Positions 22,886-35,360 of a DNA stretch of 64,000 bases are shown piece by piece. A program made the position numbers and the translations under genes. The notes beneath the pieces are model-generated. The model did no database searches and had not been told where the DNA came from. It worked only from the letters and a program-made list of their open reading frames with translations. The DNA is from Octopus sinensis (Eukaryota), in contig NC_043017.1 in NCBI RefSeq assembly GCF_006345805.1, positions 24,428,001 through 24,492,000 of the forward strand, in the 5' to 3' direction. Positions within the stretch are counted from its first letter, which is position 1. Each line of letters opens with the position of its first letter.

Positions 22886-25494
22886 ATCATACTGAAGATG
22901 GATATATTTCACTATGCGTATTGGCATGTGTGAAGTTTTGCTCACATGTATGTACGATGGTATGTGTATGTGTTAAGAATATGTGCCGGTGCACGAGTAT
23001 GCATGATTGTGCAAGTGCACATCTGCAGTAGTGGCTTATATGTATGTATGTGCAAGTGTGCAATTATGCACAGTAAATGTGTGAGTATGCATGCAAGTGT
23101 GAAAGTGAAGATACGTAGAAGTGACTATATGAGAATATGTATGTAATTGTGCACACACACGTGTGTGTATGCACATGTGTGCAGGTGTACAAACAAGCCT
23201 CGAGAGCTGATTTATGAGTTTATGTGAAGAAGTCTATGGAATCAGTAGCAGCATCAACATCATTTCACTGATCTACACTTTCAAAATTGCTCCAAGTCAA
23301 TGTTTGAAAAGAAGAAAAGAGGAGAAAAATAAATAAAATAAAAGGAAAATGAAAAAAAAGATAATTCTTTTACAAAGCAGGAGAATTAATGGAATTTAGA
23401 ATCTGGTAGTTACCCCTAAGATAGCAATTTGAGACATATTAATTTATATATTTGTGTGTGTGTGTGCGTACATCATCATCATCATTCAATATCCGTGTTC
23501 CATGGTGGTATGGACTGGATGGTTTGACAGGATTCTATGGGTCCAAGGACTGTATCATGCTCCAGTGTCTGCTTTGGTATGACTGATTTCAACAGCTGGA
23601 TGCTCTTCCTAACTTTGCAGCATGAACTGGGTGCCTTTTTCTCATGCTGTAAGCATTAGTGAGGTCGTCATGCAACTTGCAAGCCTCCAAAACCCAAGGA
23701 GGAAGCTTTATGCTAGGAGATGAGGAGTTAAAGAGTGTGTGTGTGTTACAGAAAATAGAGAAAATCTTGAATGCAGAATGGCTGTGAAAACACCTTAGAA
23801 GATTGGGTAAATGCTCTTAGAAGACAGTGAAAGTGGCCAGCAAGCCATTACAGAAAAATCTGTCATCTCTAATTCTGGCTGAGTGCTCTGTATGGTTAAG
23901 CTAAGTAAATTCTGACAACAGATACCGGCTTTTACAACACTAACATAATAGCTTTTGGAATGTAAGAACATTTTTATAATGTGTCTGTGTCTATTACATC
24001 TAAACAAGAAGTGAGTAAGGTTGGTTTTTCAACAAGAGGAGGGAAACATGACCGATTAGTGAATACAAGAGGGGCACTGGGCTGCAGAAAATCTGCCTCA
24101 ACAAATTCCAACTGACCCATGCAAACATGGAAAAATGGATGTTCATTAGAGGAAATATATTGTTACACTGGAAAAATGATGATGATATACGAGATGAATA
24201 GATGGTTAGTGGACAGAATTAAAGCTACTTTTGAATAGTTGAAATATGCTTGATCAATGAATATCAGTGCAGAAAGCTGTTTGAATCAGTGGAATATTTT
24301 AGTTGATCAGTGAAAAGAGGGGATCAACTGGTTGTGAATAAACAAATTATGACAAACCAAAGCCAATCAAAGCCTTGTGGTGGATTTGGTAGACAGAAAC
24401 TGAAAGAAGCTTGCCGTGTGTGTTACTATCTCTGTGCCTTGATGCCAAGTAATAGCTGTAAATGTGTGTCACCATGATGCAAATGGTGCCCATTACCAAT
24501 ATTCTATGAAAACATGTCTGGTCATGGGGAAATAGCACCTTACTTGGAAACAGGTAAGGGTTGGCAACAGGAAGGGCATCAGGCCACAGAAAACCTGCTG
24601 CAACAAATTCTGTCTGACCCATTCAAGCATGGAAAAGTGGATGTTAAAACAATGATGATGATAACTTCAGTAAAAGAGAAACACCTGAAGATCGTAGTTG
24701 ATGAAAGAAAACTATTTAGTGGTGGTCTGCATTAGGAAGAGTCAATTTTGGGGAGAAGGAAAATAATGTAGCATAGAATTTTTTAGCTGTTCATTAGAGG
24801 AAATATATTCTTACACTAGCAAAAAAGGTACTACATGAAGTACTAGATTTTACATGACATCCAAGCAACACCGCTTCATATATATATTTCCTGTGACGAC
24901 TAAAAACCAGATTATTACTGATAACATTCTTCAGAAATGCAAAGAGAGAGAGACAGAGAGACAGAGAAATTTCTGGGTCCTCTTTTCTTTTACAAATTAA
25001 ATGGAAATTGCTAAAAGGATGAAAAAGAAAAACAGTTTTGTTCTTTTGTAGATTTATGAATATCCATTTAAATAAATAAAAGATGAAATGGTGTACGTAT
25101 ATTTTACACTGAGCTCTCGCAAGATCTCTCAAACAGATTATTTAAAATATACTCATCATTAAGAAGGTTAAACACGTTACTTATCAACCAGTCAGTTGGA
25201 GACCACACATGATTTCGTGTTATCATACTGCAAAAATTTGTAACCAGCTTTACTTCACAATCTACTGCAAAGCAGTGTTTTGCGCACACACATACACACA
25301 CACACAGTGATAATGTCAATAAAAAAAAAACATGTTAAATGTGTCCTAAATGTTGATTATTCTGAAAATTAACTGATATCCCTAGGTTTGCGGGGGAGGG
25401 GTGTTGTTTGTTTTTTATTTTTTTTATTTCAAGTTATTCAGGAAGGGAGGGAATAGGCCATTCCCAACTGAGGAAATAGATAGAGTTTTGAAAT

Positions 25495-25705
25495 TCAGCT
25501 TGAACATTTGCATGTCAAGGCTTGCAGTAAAAGCATAGGCAGGAAAGAGAATGAAGGGCGAGTTACAGACCTGAGGAGAAAGAATCAAATGAAGCTTTTA
25601 GTGTGGTGCTTACAAGTTGAGAAGCAGGGAATATGAGAGGAGCAAGAAAGATGGGTGGTCCAAGGTGGAGAGAATATGCAGTTAGCTAGTTCAGAAGGCA
25701 AATTT
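25495..25705 (-). mobile_element. Degenerate CR1-like LINE 3' end
   Basis: Minus reading PSELANCI...HHTKSFI resembles the C-terminal SELANC...HSF motif; same type as 55790-56210. Confidence 0.45.
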
Positions 25706-26129
25706 TCTATGGTTGGATGCCTTTCCTGTTGCCAATTTTCATCTTATTAGTAAATACAATCTTTACACCCCCTCTCTCATTTTTAATATATTCTGCTAAG
25801 ACACCCAAAGTTCTAATTACTGTTTTTTTGTTTTTATTATTCATCAAGAACAACAGAAGGCAAAAACTTTAAAACTCTCACCAAGTTTCAATACACACAC
25901 ATGGCAGAAGTAAATAGACACCCCATAAAACATTGTTTTATACTTATTTTAACTTGAAACGGTTTGTATTTTTTATTAAACGGATATTTTTATGTTTCAG
26001 GTTCTATATGCGACTGTATAATCATGCCACATATAAAACAAGCCTTGGAACTGTCTGAATTTCAAAGAGGCCATATTGTGGAGCAATCTGAAGGTGGACT
26101 AATTCAAGTGTGGTCAATGCCAGTTCTGC

Positions 26130-26335
26130 TTGACTACCCTGCACCCCGCCGCTAGTGGCATATAAAAAGCACCCACCACACTCTTGGAGTGGCTGGCATT
26201 AAGAAGGGCATCCAGCTGTAGAAGCCATGCCAGAACAGATTGGAGCCTGGTGCAGCCTCCTGGCTTACCAGTCCTCAGTCAAACCGTCCAACCCATGCCA
26301 GCTGGGAAAATGGATGTTAAACAATGATGATGAAT
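26130..26335 (+). mobile_element. SINE-like family C (older copy)
   Basis: AAGAAGGGCATCCAGCTG...GATGTTAAACAATGATGATG. Confidence 0.75.
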
Positions 26336-26349
26336 TTGAATGTATATAT

Positions 26350-26579
26350 ATTTCTTTACTACCCACAAGGGGCTAAACACAGAGGGGACAAACAAGGACA
26401 GACAAAGGGATTAAGTCGACTACATCGACCCCAGTGCGTAACTGGTACTTAATTTATCGACCCCGAAAGGATGAAAGGCAAAGTCGACCTCGGCGGAATT
26501 TGAACTCGGAACGTAACGACAGACGAAATACGGCTACGAATTTCGCCCGGCGTGCTAACGTTTCTGCCAGCTCGCCGCA
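26350..26579 (-). mobile_element. SINE family B, young full-length
   Basis: CpG-rich head GCGGCGAGCTGGCAGAAACGTTAGC. 20-bp TSD ATGAATTTGAATGTATATAT (26330-26349, 26580-26599). Confidence 0.9.
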
Positions 26580-26643
26580 ATGAATTTGAATGTATATATT
26601 CAAATTTAAATAATTATAAGGGTGTCTATTTACTACTGTCATG

Positions 26644-26900
26644 CCTGTGTATTTTATTTTTATATCGTCATCGTTTAACATCCGTTTTCCATGCTAGCAT
26701 GGGTTGGACGGTTCAACTGGGGTCTGGGAAGCCAGAAGGCTACACCAGGCCCAGTCTGATCTGGCAGTGTTTCTACAGCTGGATGCCCTTCCTAACGCCA
26801 ACCACTCCGTGAGTGTAGTGGGTGCTTTTTACGTGCCACCAGCACAGGTGCCAGACAAGGCTGGCAAACAGCCACGATCGGATGGTGCTTTTTATGTGCC
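26644..26900 (-). mobile_element. SINE-like family C
   Basis: Reverse complement of the family C body with one internal module. Confidence 0.8.
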
Positions 26901-27770
26901 ATATATATATATATATATATAAATAAATATATATATACATCTCCAAATTTAGGGAATAAAGTAGATAAACTCCAGGCTATATATGTGTCATAACAAGCAA
27001 GAACCTTGGTAGTAGTGATAATCCAAACAATGGTTAATCCGCTAGTTACTTGTCAGGTCAAAAATACCTCAGACAAATGAAGGTCAGATTGTCATTAATG
27101 GATTTTATGTTAACTCGCAAGAGGTTTGATTGAAAATGCTAATTTTTATTTGCATACATATTAACTCCAGCTGCTATCCATGAGCTATAAAATAACTTTT
27201 TACAGCTTATTGAACTTCAATATGGAAAAAATTTACAACCTTCTACATCAATAAACCACTACTGTTCCTGAAAGTTGTTTTTTATACCTTCTGCTCAAAG
27301 ACTGCTCAAAGGTTACTAACTTCCTACACTTTGATCCTCAGGTCTTACCTTTACTCACACACACACACACATATATATTATATGTTCACCTTTCTGATAA
27401 AGAGCTATGCTCAAAACATTAAACTCTCTCTTTTTACCGAGTGTCAAGCTAATATTTCCCCTTTTACATTTTTTTATTCGAATTGTTTGTTTATATATGT
27501 ATATATATATAAAACTATGATGCTGTTGGTAAAACATGTTCTTTGTCTATCTCCTTATCCTCTTGGAGATTTTGGGTAAAATCATACTAATGTGTCCTTA
27601 TAATTTAATTAAATTCTATGTCTTTGAGCAGCTGAAGATTGCTCTACATTTTAAATTGATGTAATGAAATGATTGCATTGTTCAATTAAATGGAGTTGCA
27701 TGAAACGATCGTACTGCATTACCTCTGGATATCTTTGTTGCTTATTTTGATTATATCATGATGATGATGA

Positions 27771-27815
<45 letters not shown>

Positions 27816-28726
27816 GTTCATTTTCAATGGTGGAACTCAAAGTAGTTAAATCTACAAATAATAGAGTGTTAATACAAGGTGAAAAATTCACTGGATAGAG
27901 AAAGTTAAAGGCTATCAAATGGGTTGTTTTCAATCCAGTATTTACATGCTATGTTTCGAAGCTTTATCTACTTCAAGCTCCACCGTTGAAAGCAAATTAT
28001 TTCATGTCTCTCAAAGTTTCTTAATTCTTACAACATTGATTGTGTGTGTGTGTGTGTGTGTGTGTGTAATGTGTGTGTGTACACGCGCGCACTGGTATAT
28101 ACCAAATAGCTGCATACTTCTCTGCATAAAAGTAACAGCTGTATCTAGTCAGAGACATAACTCATGCAAGCATGAAAAACTGGTATTAATTAAAATAACA
28201 ATGAATACAACACTAAGTTGAAAAACAACAATATTCTAACAAAGGGGGAAAAAAAATGTAGTTTCAAGCAGTATTAATCCTGTTTGGCTTAGCATGTTTG
28301 GTTTGAATGCATCTATGTACTTCAGTTTAGCTTAACACACTAGACAAGGTATGTTTTTAAAAGCAGTTTATATAGGTCTGTAAGAGGGCATTAGAAGCAT
28401 GTAGAGATAGAGTGGTAAAAATGTCTAGAGAGGTTGATGGGGGTTTCAATTGGGAAACAAACTGACTAATGTTCAGTAAGAAATATATTTAAAACAAAGA
28501 CAAAAATACTTCTGTAATTGTAATCATCTTTTGTTGTAATAAAAACAAAATGTGCAAGAAGAAATAGAATGTAAATAGTCAGTAACTAAAATAATAGTTC
28601 AGATATAACAATGCAACATTGGCAAAAAGTAAACAAGTGTGTTTTCAATAGAGGCATTTAGTCTGATTGTGAAATTAGGTATCAAAACCCTTTTTATAAA
28701 TAAATAAATATATTAACCATATATAT

Positions 28727-29094
28727 TTATTACCTCCGCCTTAGCAAAGGCAGGGGTATTGTTTTCAGTTGTGTTTGTTTGTTTGTTCATGAACAAGATA
28801 TCTCAAGAATCGCTGGATGGATTTGGTTGAAACTTTCAGAGATGTTTGACCTCATAACTGGCACAAACTGATTCGATTTTGAGATCGATCCGGTACCAGA
28901 TGAGGATTCTGGATTATTTTTCTGGTGTTTTTACTTAATTTTTGAGAGCGGTCGGGTTCATTTTTAGTATTCTCATTTGTGAGAACAGTCAACTTTATTT
29001 CAGATATTCTTATTTTAAAAACCATCTCTGGCTAATCGTTGAGAGGACGTTGGTGTTGCCTTGGCAGAGGTTTGTGCTCTATGAGTGCTTGTTT
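28727..29094 (+). mobile_element. Non-autonomous Helentron/DINE-like rolling-circle element
   Basis: Subterminal IR ACCTCCGCC / GGCAGAGGT, (GTTT)n near the 5' end, 3' hairpin GTGCTC-TAT-GAGTGC, T-rich flanks. Confidence 0.6.
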
Positions 29095-29719
29095 ATTTAT
29101 TTATTTAAGTATAATAATTTATTTACTGATTCATAATATATATTATTAATTCCTTCATAATCTACACTCTATTAATATTCTAGTATGCAGTATATTTTAG
29201 GTTAGTAGTTGGTGGCCTAGTGAAGGCACACAGCCGAGTGGCTGGGATGTTGCACTCATGATTGTAAAATCAGTAACAATCTCCAGATAGGGTGGTGCTT
29301 TGTGTTCTTCAGCAAAAACACAATACTTCATTTAGCATTGCTCCAGTCTGGTCAGCAACCAATAAGTTCTAGCAACAGTTAGAAAGTTAACCCTGCAATG
29401 GGCCAGTGTCCTATTCAAGGGAGAGTATTCAGTCACTTATATGCTGTGGAAACTTGATTAAGTTCAGATATTCACAGCCTTTGGGCCTATGACAGATCTT
29501 AGTTGGTAGCCAACTGAAGCATTATTACCTTTGAATTTAAAAATAAAAAGTTTCAAATTCAAATCCAGTCTGGTACTATGTACAAATCCAGAAATATGTT
29601 ACCTGATGGCGACTAGAGAGAAAACCAACCAAAACATAGTGTAGGCATAAATATTAAAGTATTTTACAAACCTAAAGATGAGGTTAATAGTCTGAAAAAA
29701 TTGGATTGAATTGGAAGGG

Positions 29720-29880
29720 ACTGCCTATGTTCAGACCACTGCAGGATAAAGGCCTCAGCATGTTCTGTCCACCAACCACGGTCTGATGTGAAGGCCATGG
29801 ATCTGAGCTTGAGATAATATTGCTTTGATGGGCCGGTGCTGCTCTACTGGCTTGACATAGCTTGGCAGAGGGGTGCAGTT
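29720..29880 (-). mobile_element. Degenerate RTE-like LINE 3' end
   Basis: Minus reading DRGWW...EAFILQW resembles the RTE terminal EAFxLQW motif. Confidence 0.4.
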
Positions 29881-32478
29881 TTTATACTCTTACTCAGGAG
29901 TAGTTCAATGAATTACATTGTCCCCGATGGAATTTGAAATCAGAACATAAGGACGGATGAAATACTGCTAAGCATATAATAATTGTTGTTTGAAGGCGAA
30001 TGGCTTAGTGGCAGGGTGGTGCACTCCTCATCACAAGATGGTGGTTTCAATTCCCAGACGAAGCTTGTGTTATGTTCTTGAGCAAAATACTTCATTTCAC
30101 ATTGCTCCACATGACTCAGCTTTGAGTCACCCTGCGTCAGACTGGCATACTGTTCAAGGAGATTTTTATAATGTTAGTCACTTATACACCATGGAAACCC
30201 AGTAACTGGCTCTATGAGCCCCAGGCCTCAAGATAGTTATAAATGTTGTCATAAATCTAAATTCTGCTTGATTTGACAGCCGTATGGTATGAGACTAGCT
30301 GAACCAGACTAAATTTTAATCCTTGCATAGTACAGTATGTTGCTGACAATTCATCATGCCTCAGACACATTTCAATTTCTTAACATACCAACAATTAGAA
30401 GATCTAAATATAATTAATTTAGCTTTAAGTCATTGTCATCCCATATGTTTGAACGTATGTATGTACATCAGTTTAGCCCATAGCTCTAGACCAGGTATAT
30501 ATTTTTAAAAGTAGTTTACATGGGTTTGAAAGGGTCAATTCGAAACCTTCATCCCTCCTGTTCCTAACAGAATACTGGGTGACAAGTTGCCTCCACTGAG
30601 TGCAATTTGCTGCAGCTGTTTTCGCATCAGTCCAGATCAATTGCAGTTCCCCTACAACACTGTGGAGAGTACTGTGTTAGTTTTTGGGTGGTCTTCCTCT
30701 CCCTCATTTGCACTCAGCCAGTGTGAGAGAGAGACAGTGGGCTATAAATATCTGAAGGCCAACAGGGATTTAATAAATGACTAAGAAACAAACATATAAA
30801 TGCTAAGAATGAAATATTATATTCAAAATAACCTGGACTAGCTTATGGTGTTGGTGCAACTCTTGGTGCCTTGAAGTCTGGTACTTATACTATTGTCTTT
30901 GCTTGCTATACTGCTAACTACAAGACATAAACAAACCAACACCAGTTGTTAAGTGTTAGAGGGGATAAATACAAAGACACATGCACATAGATACATACAT
31001 GTATACACATATGTATATGTGAGGGGTTCCTTTCAGTTTACATCTACCAAATCCACTCACAAGGCTTTGGTCAGTCCAGAGATGTAGTAGAAAACACTTG
31101 CCCAAGGTGCAAAGGAGTGGGACTGAACCTGGAACCATGTGGTTGGGAAGCAAACTTCTTACCACAGAGCCATGGGATTTCATAGATTTACACGCGAAGC
31201 AAAGAAAGAAAAATGTGTAGGAGGGTCTAACAACATAGCTACTAAAACACACACATAAACAGAGAAAGTGAAAAGGGCCCCATAATTATTTTTGGGTCAC
31301 TAGGGTTGCTAAGAAAGATTACATATTTCTGAAATGTGTCAAGGACACTTCAGTCTAATAGAGAGCAACTATGAAATGTGAGTGAAGTGAGATGACTCAA
31401 CCAAGAACTGAAATATTTCACTACCAACTCTACTACAATGCTCACTCTGGTGGACACATGTGAAGACTTAATTACGCCAACTTTCTCTCATAACTTACGT
31501 GACCGCCCTTGCCTTTTTCCATCTATGTTCAGTTATCATAGGCTATTAAAGACAACATTACCTAAAAAAATGTTTTCACTAAACATCTAGATAATAAAGC
31601 ATAGCAGCAGCATTAAAAAACAGGATTTTATTTCAGAAGTGTTAAGTGAAATCAAAAACGAAAAAAAAAACTGTCCAGCTATAAGCATCAAGTCATCGGT
31701 CAAAGCAGTTTTTGTTTTTAGTCTTAGAAAAAAAAAAAAGAAAAAAGGAAAGAGACTAGGTTAGATACACAAATATTATCGTTATCATACAGAAACAAAG
31801 GAAAACATTCAGAAACAAGAAGTGTTTTAACAGTAGACCTACACAGCCAGTGATTGCATTTATCTAGACAGAGTAAGTTATTTTTAGCCAAATTCAAATT
31901 ATTCCAGAAGGATTCTACAGCAGAACTATATGTTTATTTTCTGCCAAGAGAGATAGGAATGTTCCAGTAAAAAAATAAATAAATAAATAAATAAATGAAT
32001 AAAATCCAGTTACTCATACTTTTTTAAAAATATAATTTTGCTATTGTTGTTGTAATACTAAGCTTCCAAATTGCCAAGTGTATATTGTGTCAACAGACAT
32101 GACAATTAACTGCCCCTCCCCCATTTTTTTCCCTACAGATTTACAATTTAAAAAGAAAATTAACTATATTTATTTTATTAACTCCTCCATAACAGCAGGA
32201 TGTTTGACATGACTCAAAAGTAGATTAAGAGCGTGGTTTAGAGGAAAAGCAGCATCATAATCTTTATGCAGGGTTCTGAGATTGGCAGAAGACAAAGCAA
32301 AATGTTATCCTCAGATCAGAAATCTAATCTAAATGCTTCCAATAGTCAACTACCCTAAAAGCACCCAAGGTGCCAGATCTTAGTACTAAAGCAAACAACA
32401 AATTAAGTTGACCATCCAAGGGCAAGTAGAATCCATATAATAGGCTTCCACAGTTTTTATCAACCCAAATTCACTTAA

Positions 32479-32698
32479 CCCTTTAGTGTTCGCATTATTC
32501 TGCCAAAATTAATCCTTTTTTATCCACATTGTTTTGAACTAATCATGCATTATCTTGTAGCGATGAGATTTTGATGAGGTACCTGTAATTTTTAAAACAA
32601 TATTGTAGGGTTGGTGTGAGAGACCAGATCTAGCTAGTTTGACCATGAAACAGGCAGAATACTTTCAGCCGGATATGGCCAGTTTAAATGCTTATGGG
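32479..32698. mobile_element. piggyBac-type MITE
   Basis: TTAA|CCCTTTAG ... CTTATGGG|TTAA. Confidence 0.8.
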
Positions 32699-33056
32699 TT
32701 AAAGGTTAGAGTCAGCTCAAGACTGTAAAAAAAACTTGCTCCTTATGATTACAAGCAAACTTCTCAGCCCAAAACATATCACTTTATATAAACAAAATTG
32801 ATCCAAGGGATTTGAATTCAAAATGTTAATGGAAAATACCTAAATACCTAACAATAAGTTAGGCACAGGCTTAGTTATGAAGATAAGAATTTCACAGTTG
32901 TGTATGTCAGGACTGGATCCATTGCATGGCATCTTGGACAAGTGTTTCCTATTCTAGCCTCAGGTCAACCAATACTTGTGAGTGAAACTGGTAGACAGAA
33001 ACTGAGCAAAAGCTTATTAGTGTGTGATTGTGCATGCATGTGTCTGTGTTAGCTTA

Positions 33057-33204
33057 ATAATAATGTTCGTCCTTCGGTTCGAAGATGACCAACTGACATC
33101 ATCTGATGGAACTGGCGCCATGAGACCGGAGGTGGCTGGTGAGGCCAATCCGGGCAAGGAAGCCCCTCCCACAGGTGGGGCAGAAGTGGGTAGGGGCCGT
33201 GCTA
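33057..33204 (-). mobile_element. 5'-truncated RTE LINE (148 bp) inserted into a SINE A copy
   Basis: Encodes PTHFCPTCGRGFLARIGLTSHLRSHGASSIR*, followed by 3' UTR and (ATT)n tail. 13-bp TSD CTGTGTTAGCTTA (33044-33056, 33205-33217). Confidence 0.9.
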
Positions 33205-34585
33205 CTGTGTTAGCTTATGTACTGCAACTTAGCAGGGTGATACTATAGAGAGCTTTAAAATAACAGACTTTAAAAAAAGAAAAAAACTGGAGTTGATATG
33301 ATCAACAAAGAAATACCTTTCAAAGTGGTGAAACAGGTGAAAGAAAAATAATATTGGTAATTGAACTAACATTATCTTTTCAATTCACAGCATATTTCTA
33401 ATTAAACTTTTGGTACTCGGTCCATTAAATATGTAAACACTAACTATTGTTTTTATATACAGATGGTGTCACTGAGTAATTTATCTCAATGATTTAAACT
33501 TTTTTCAAATATGCGAATTTTCCAGTACATTTAGATAATAATTCTGTCATCACTACTACTTTGGAGAGAACAGTTCTTTACTGAAAGGGTCTAACAAGAC
33601 CAAAACATGACTGCAGTTGTATCCCACACAAAAAAAAAAAGACAGCTATTCCTCTATACATAATTAGACTTTTGTTGTTCACTATATTAAATATGTTAAC
33701 CCTAACTTAATAGAAAATCAACAACAGATTACAGCAGTGATTCCCAAAGTGGCCTGTACTGCCCCTCTAGGGGTGGTGGTGGAAGGATCCAGAGAGAGAG
33801 GGGTGATAATGAGTTGGCTAAAAGGGGGCGATGGATGTAAAAACAAATTAATGGGTCAATTATGTTAAGTCTTATTTGTGAAATACAGTTGTTTTGAATT
33901 TTATTCACTATGTTTGTGGCAGTAAGTGTGGTGGTGGCAGTGTTAGGAATGTGGCATAGGTGCCAAGGGGGTAGCAGCCCCATAAAGTATGGGAACAGCC
34001 AGATCCCTGATGGTAGAATCTGAGAAGTATAAAGTTCCAGTGGTAATCTAAGTGGTAGTAAAATGTTTCAGAAGAGGTACCAAAGGCCCAAGAAGAAGGA
34101 AGGAGAGGAAATGAAGGTTCAAGAGAGAAGGAAGTTCAGTCAGGTACACTGAAGCAAGTCAGATAAGTTTGAATAAAATTCATTTTATGATGCAGATGTA
34201 TAGTTTGGGATTGGCTCTAGGTCAACTTTGTTTGAGATCTATGAACAAAGACATTCCACCCATGACCTCGCCTATCGCTTTTATTTATTTTTTTTCGGTA
34301 TCCAATGAGACTTTTTTTTTCTAATCAAGTTTGTATATTTGACTGGTATTTCTATCATGTCAATCAACTGTGGAGAGATCACTCAATGGCTAAAGAGGAC
34401 ACAGTTTTATATGCACTGGTTGCATAGTAAGCAATGTATAATATCACCAGAATAACTCACAGTAGGGACTTACCCTAACCATTGTCATACATAAAACTAT
34501 CACAAGAATGTGGTTGGCCACTAAACTAGTTTAGGAAATTTAAGTATGTCAATGTAAGTCTAGAATGCAACAGAATAATAATAAT

Positions 34586-35360
34586 GCTTTCTACAATAGG
34601 AAGAAGGCCTGAAATTTTGGAGGAAAATGGCTAGGTGATTACATCAGCCCCAATGCTCAACAGGTACTTATTTTATCAACCCCAAAAGGATGAAGGCAAA
34701 GTGGACCTCAGCAGAATTTGAACTCAGAAAACAAAGACACAAAATGCCACTAAGCATTCAGTTGGGCATGCTAACAATTCTGCCAGCTTACTGCCCTAAT
34801 AATAATAATAATAATAATCCTTTCTACTCTTGGCATAAAGCCTGAAATTTTGGAGGGAGGGGACTAGTTGATTTATTCAACCTCAGTACTCAACTGGTAT
34901 TTAACTCTGGAAGGATGAAAGGCAAACTTAGGCAGAATTAGAACACACAACATAAAGCCAGAAGAAATGCCAGGAAGGATTTTGTCTGGCATGCTGCCTT
35001 AGTAATTATGATCCTTTCTACTATAGACACTAGGCTTGAAATTATAGGGAGAAGTGAGTAGTCAATTACATTGACCCCACTGCTTGACTGGTGCTTATTT
35101 CATCAACCCCGGGAGGATGAGAGGCAAAGTCAGCTTCAGCAGAAGTTGAACTCTGAACATAAAGAGGGGAGAAATTCTGCCAAGCAATTTGTCCAGTGTG
35201 CTAACAATTCTGCCAGCTTGCTGTTTTAATAATGATTTCAAATTTTTGCATAAGGCCAGCAATTTCAGGGCAGGGTAGTTGATTATATCAACCCCAGTGC
35301 TCAACTGTTACTTATTTTATTGATCCTGAAAGGATGACATGCAAAATTGATCCCAGCAGC
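34586..35360 (-). repeat. Head-to-tail train of four degenerate SINE B-type copies
   Basis: Repeated CCTTTCTAC...GGCCTGAAATTT...GGATGAAAGGCAAAGT...GAACTC units separated by AAT-rich tracts. Confidence 0.75.

Noticed and set aside
27343-27395. Strong minus-strand donor AAG|GTAAGA with a possible 43-nt exon
   Set aside because: Weak acceptor, content is mostly microsatellite, and it would shift the frame.
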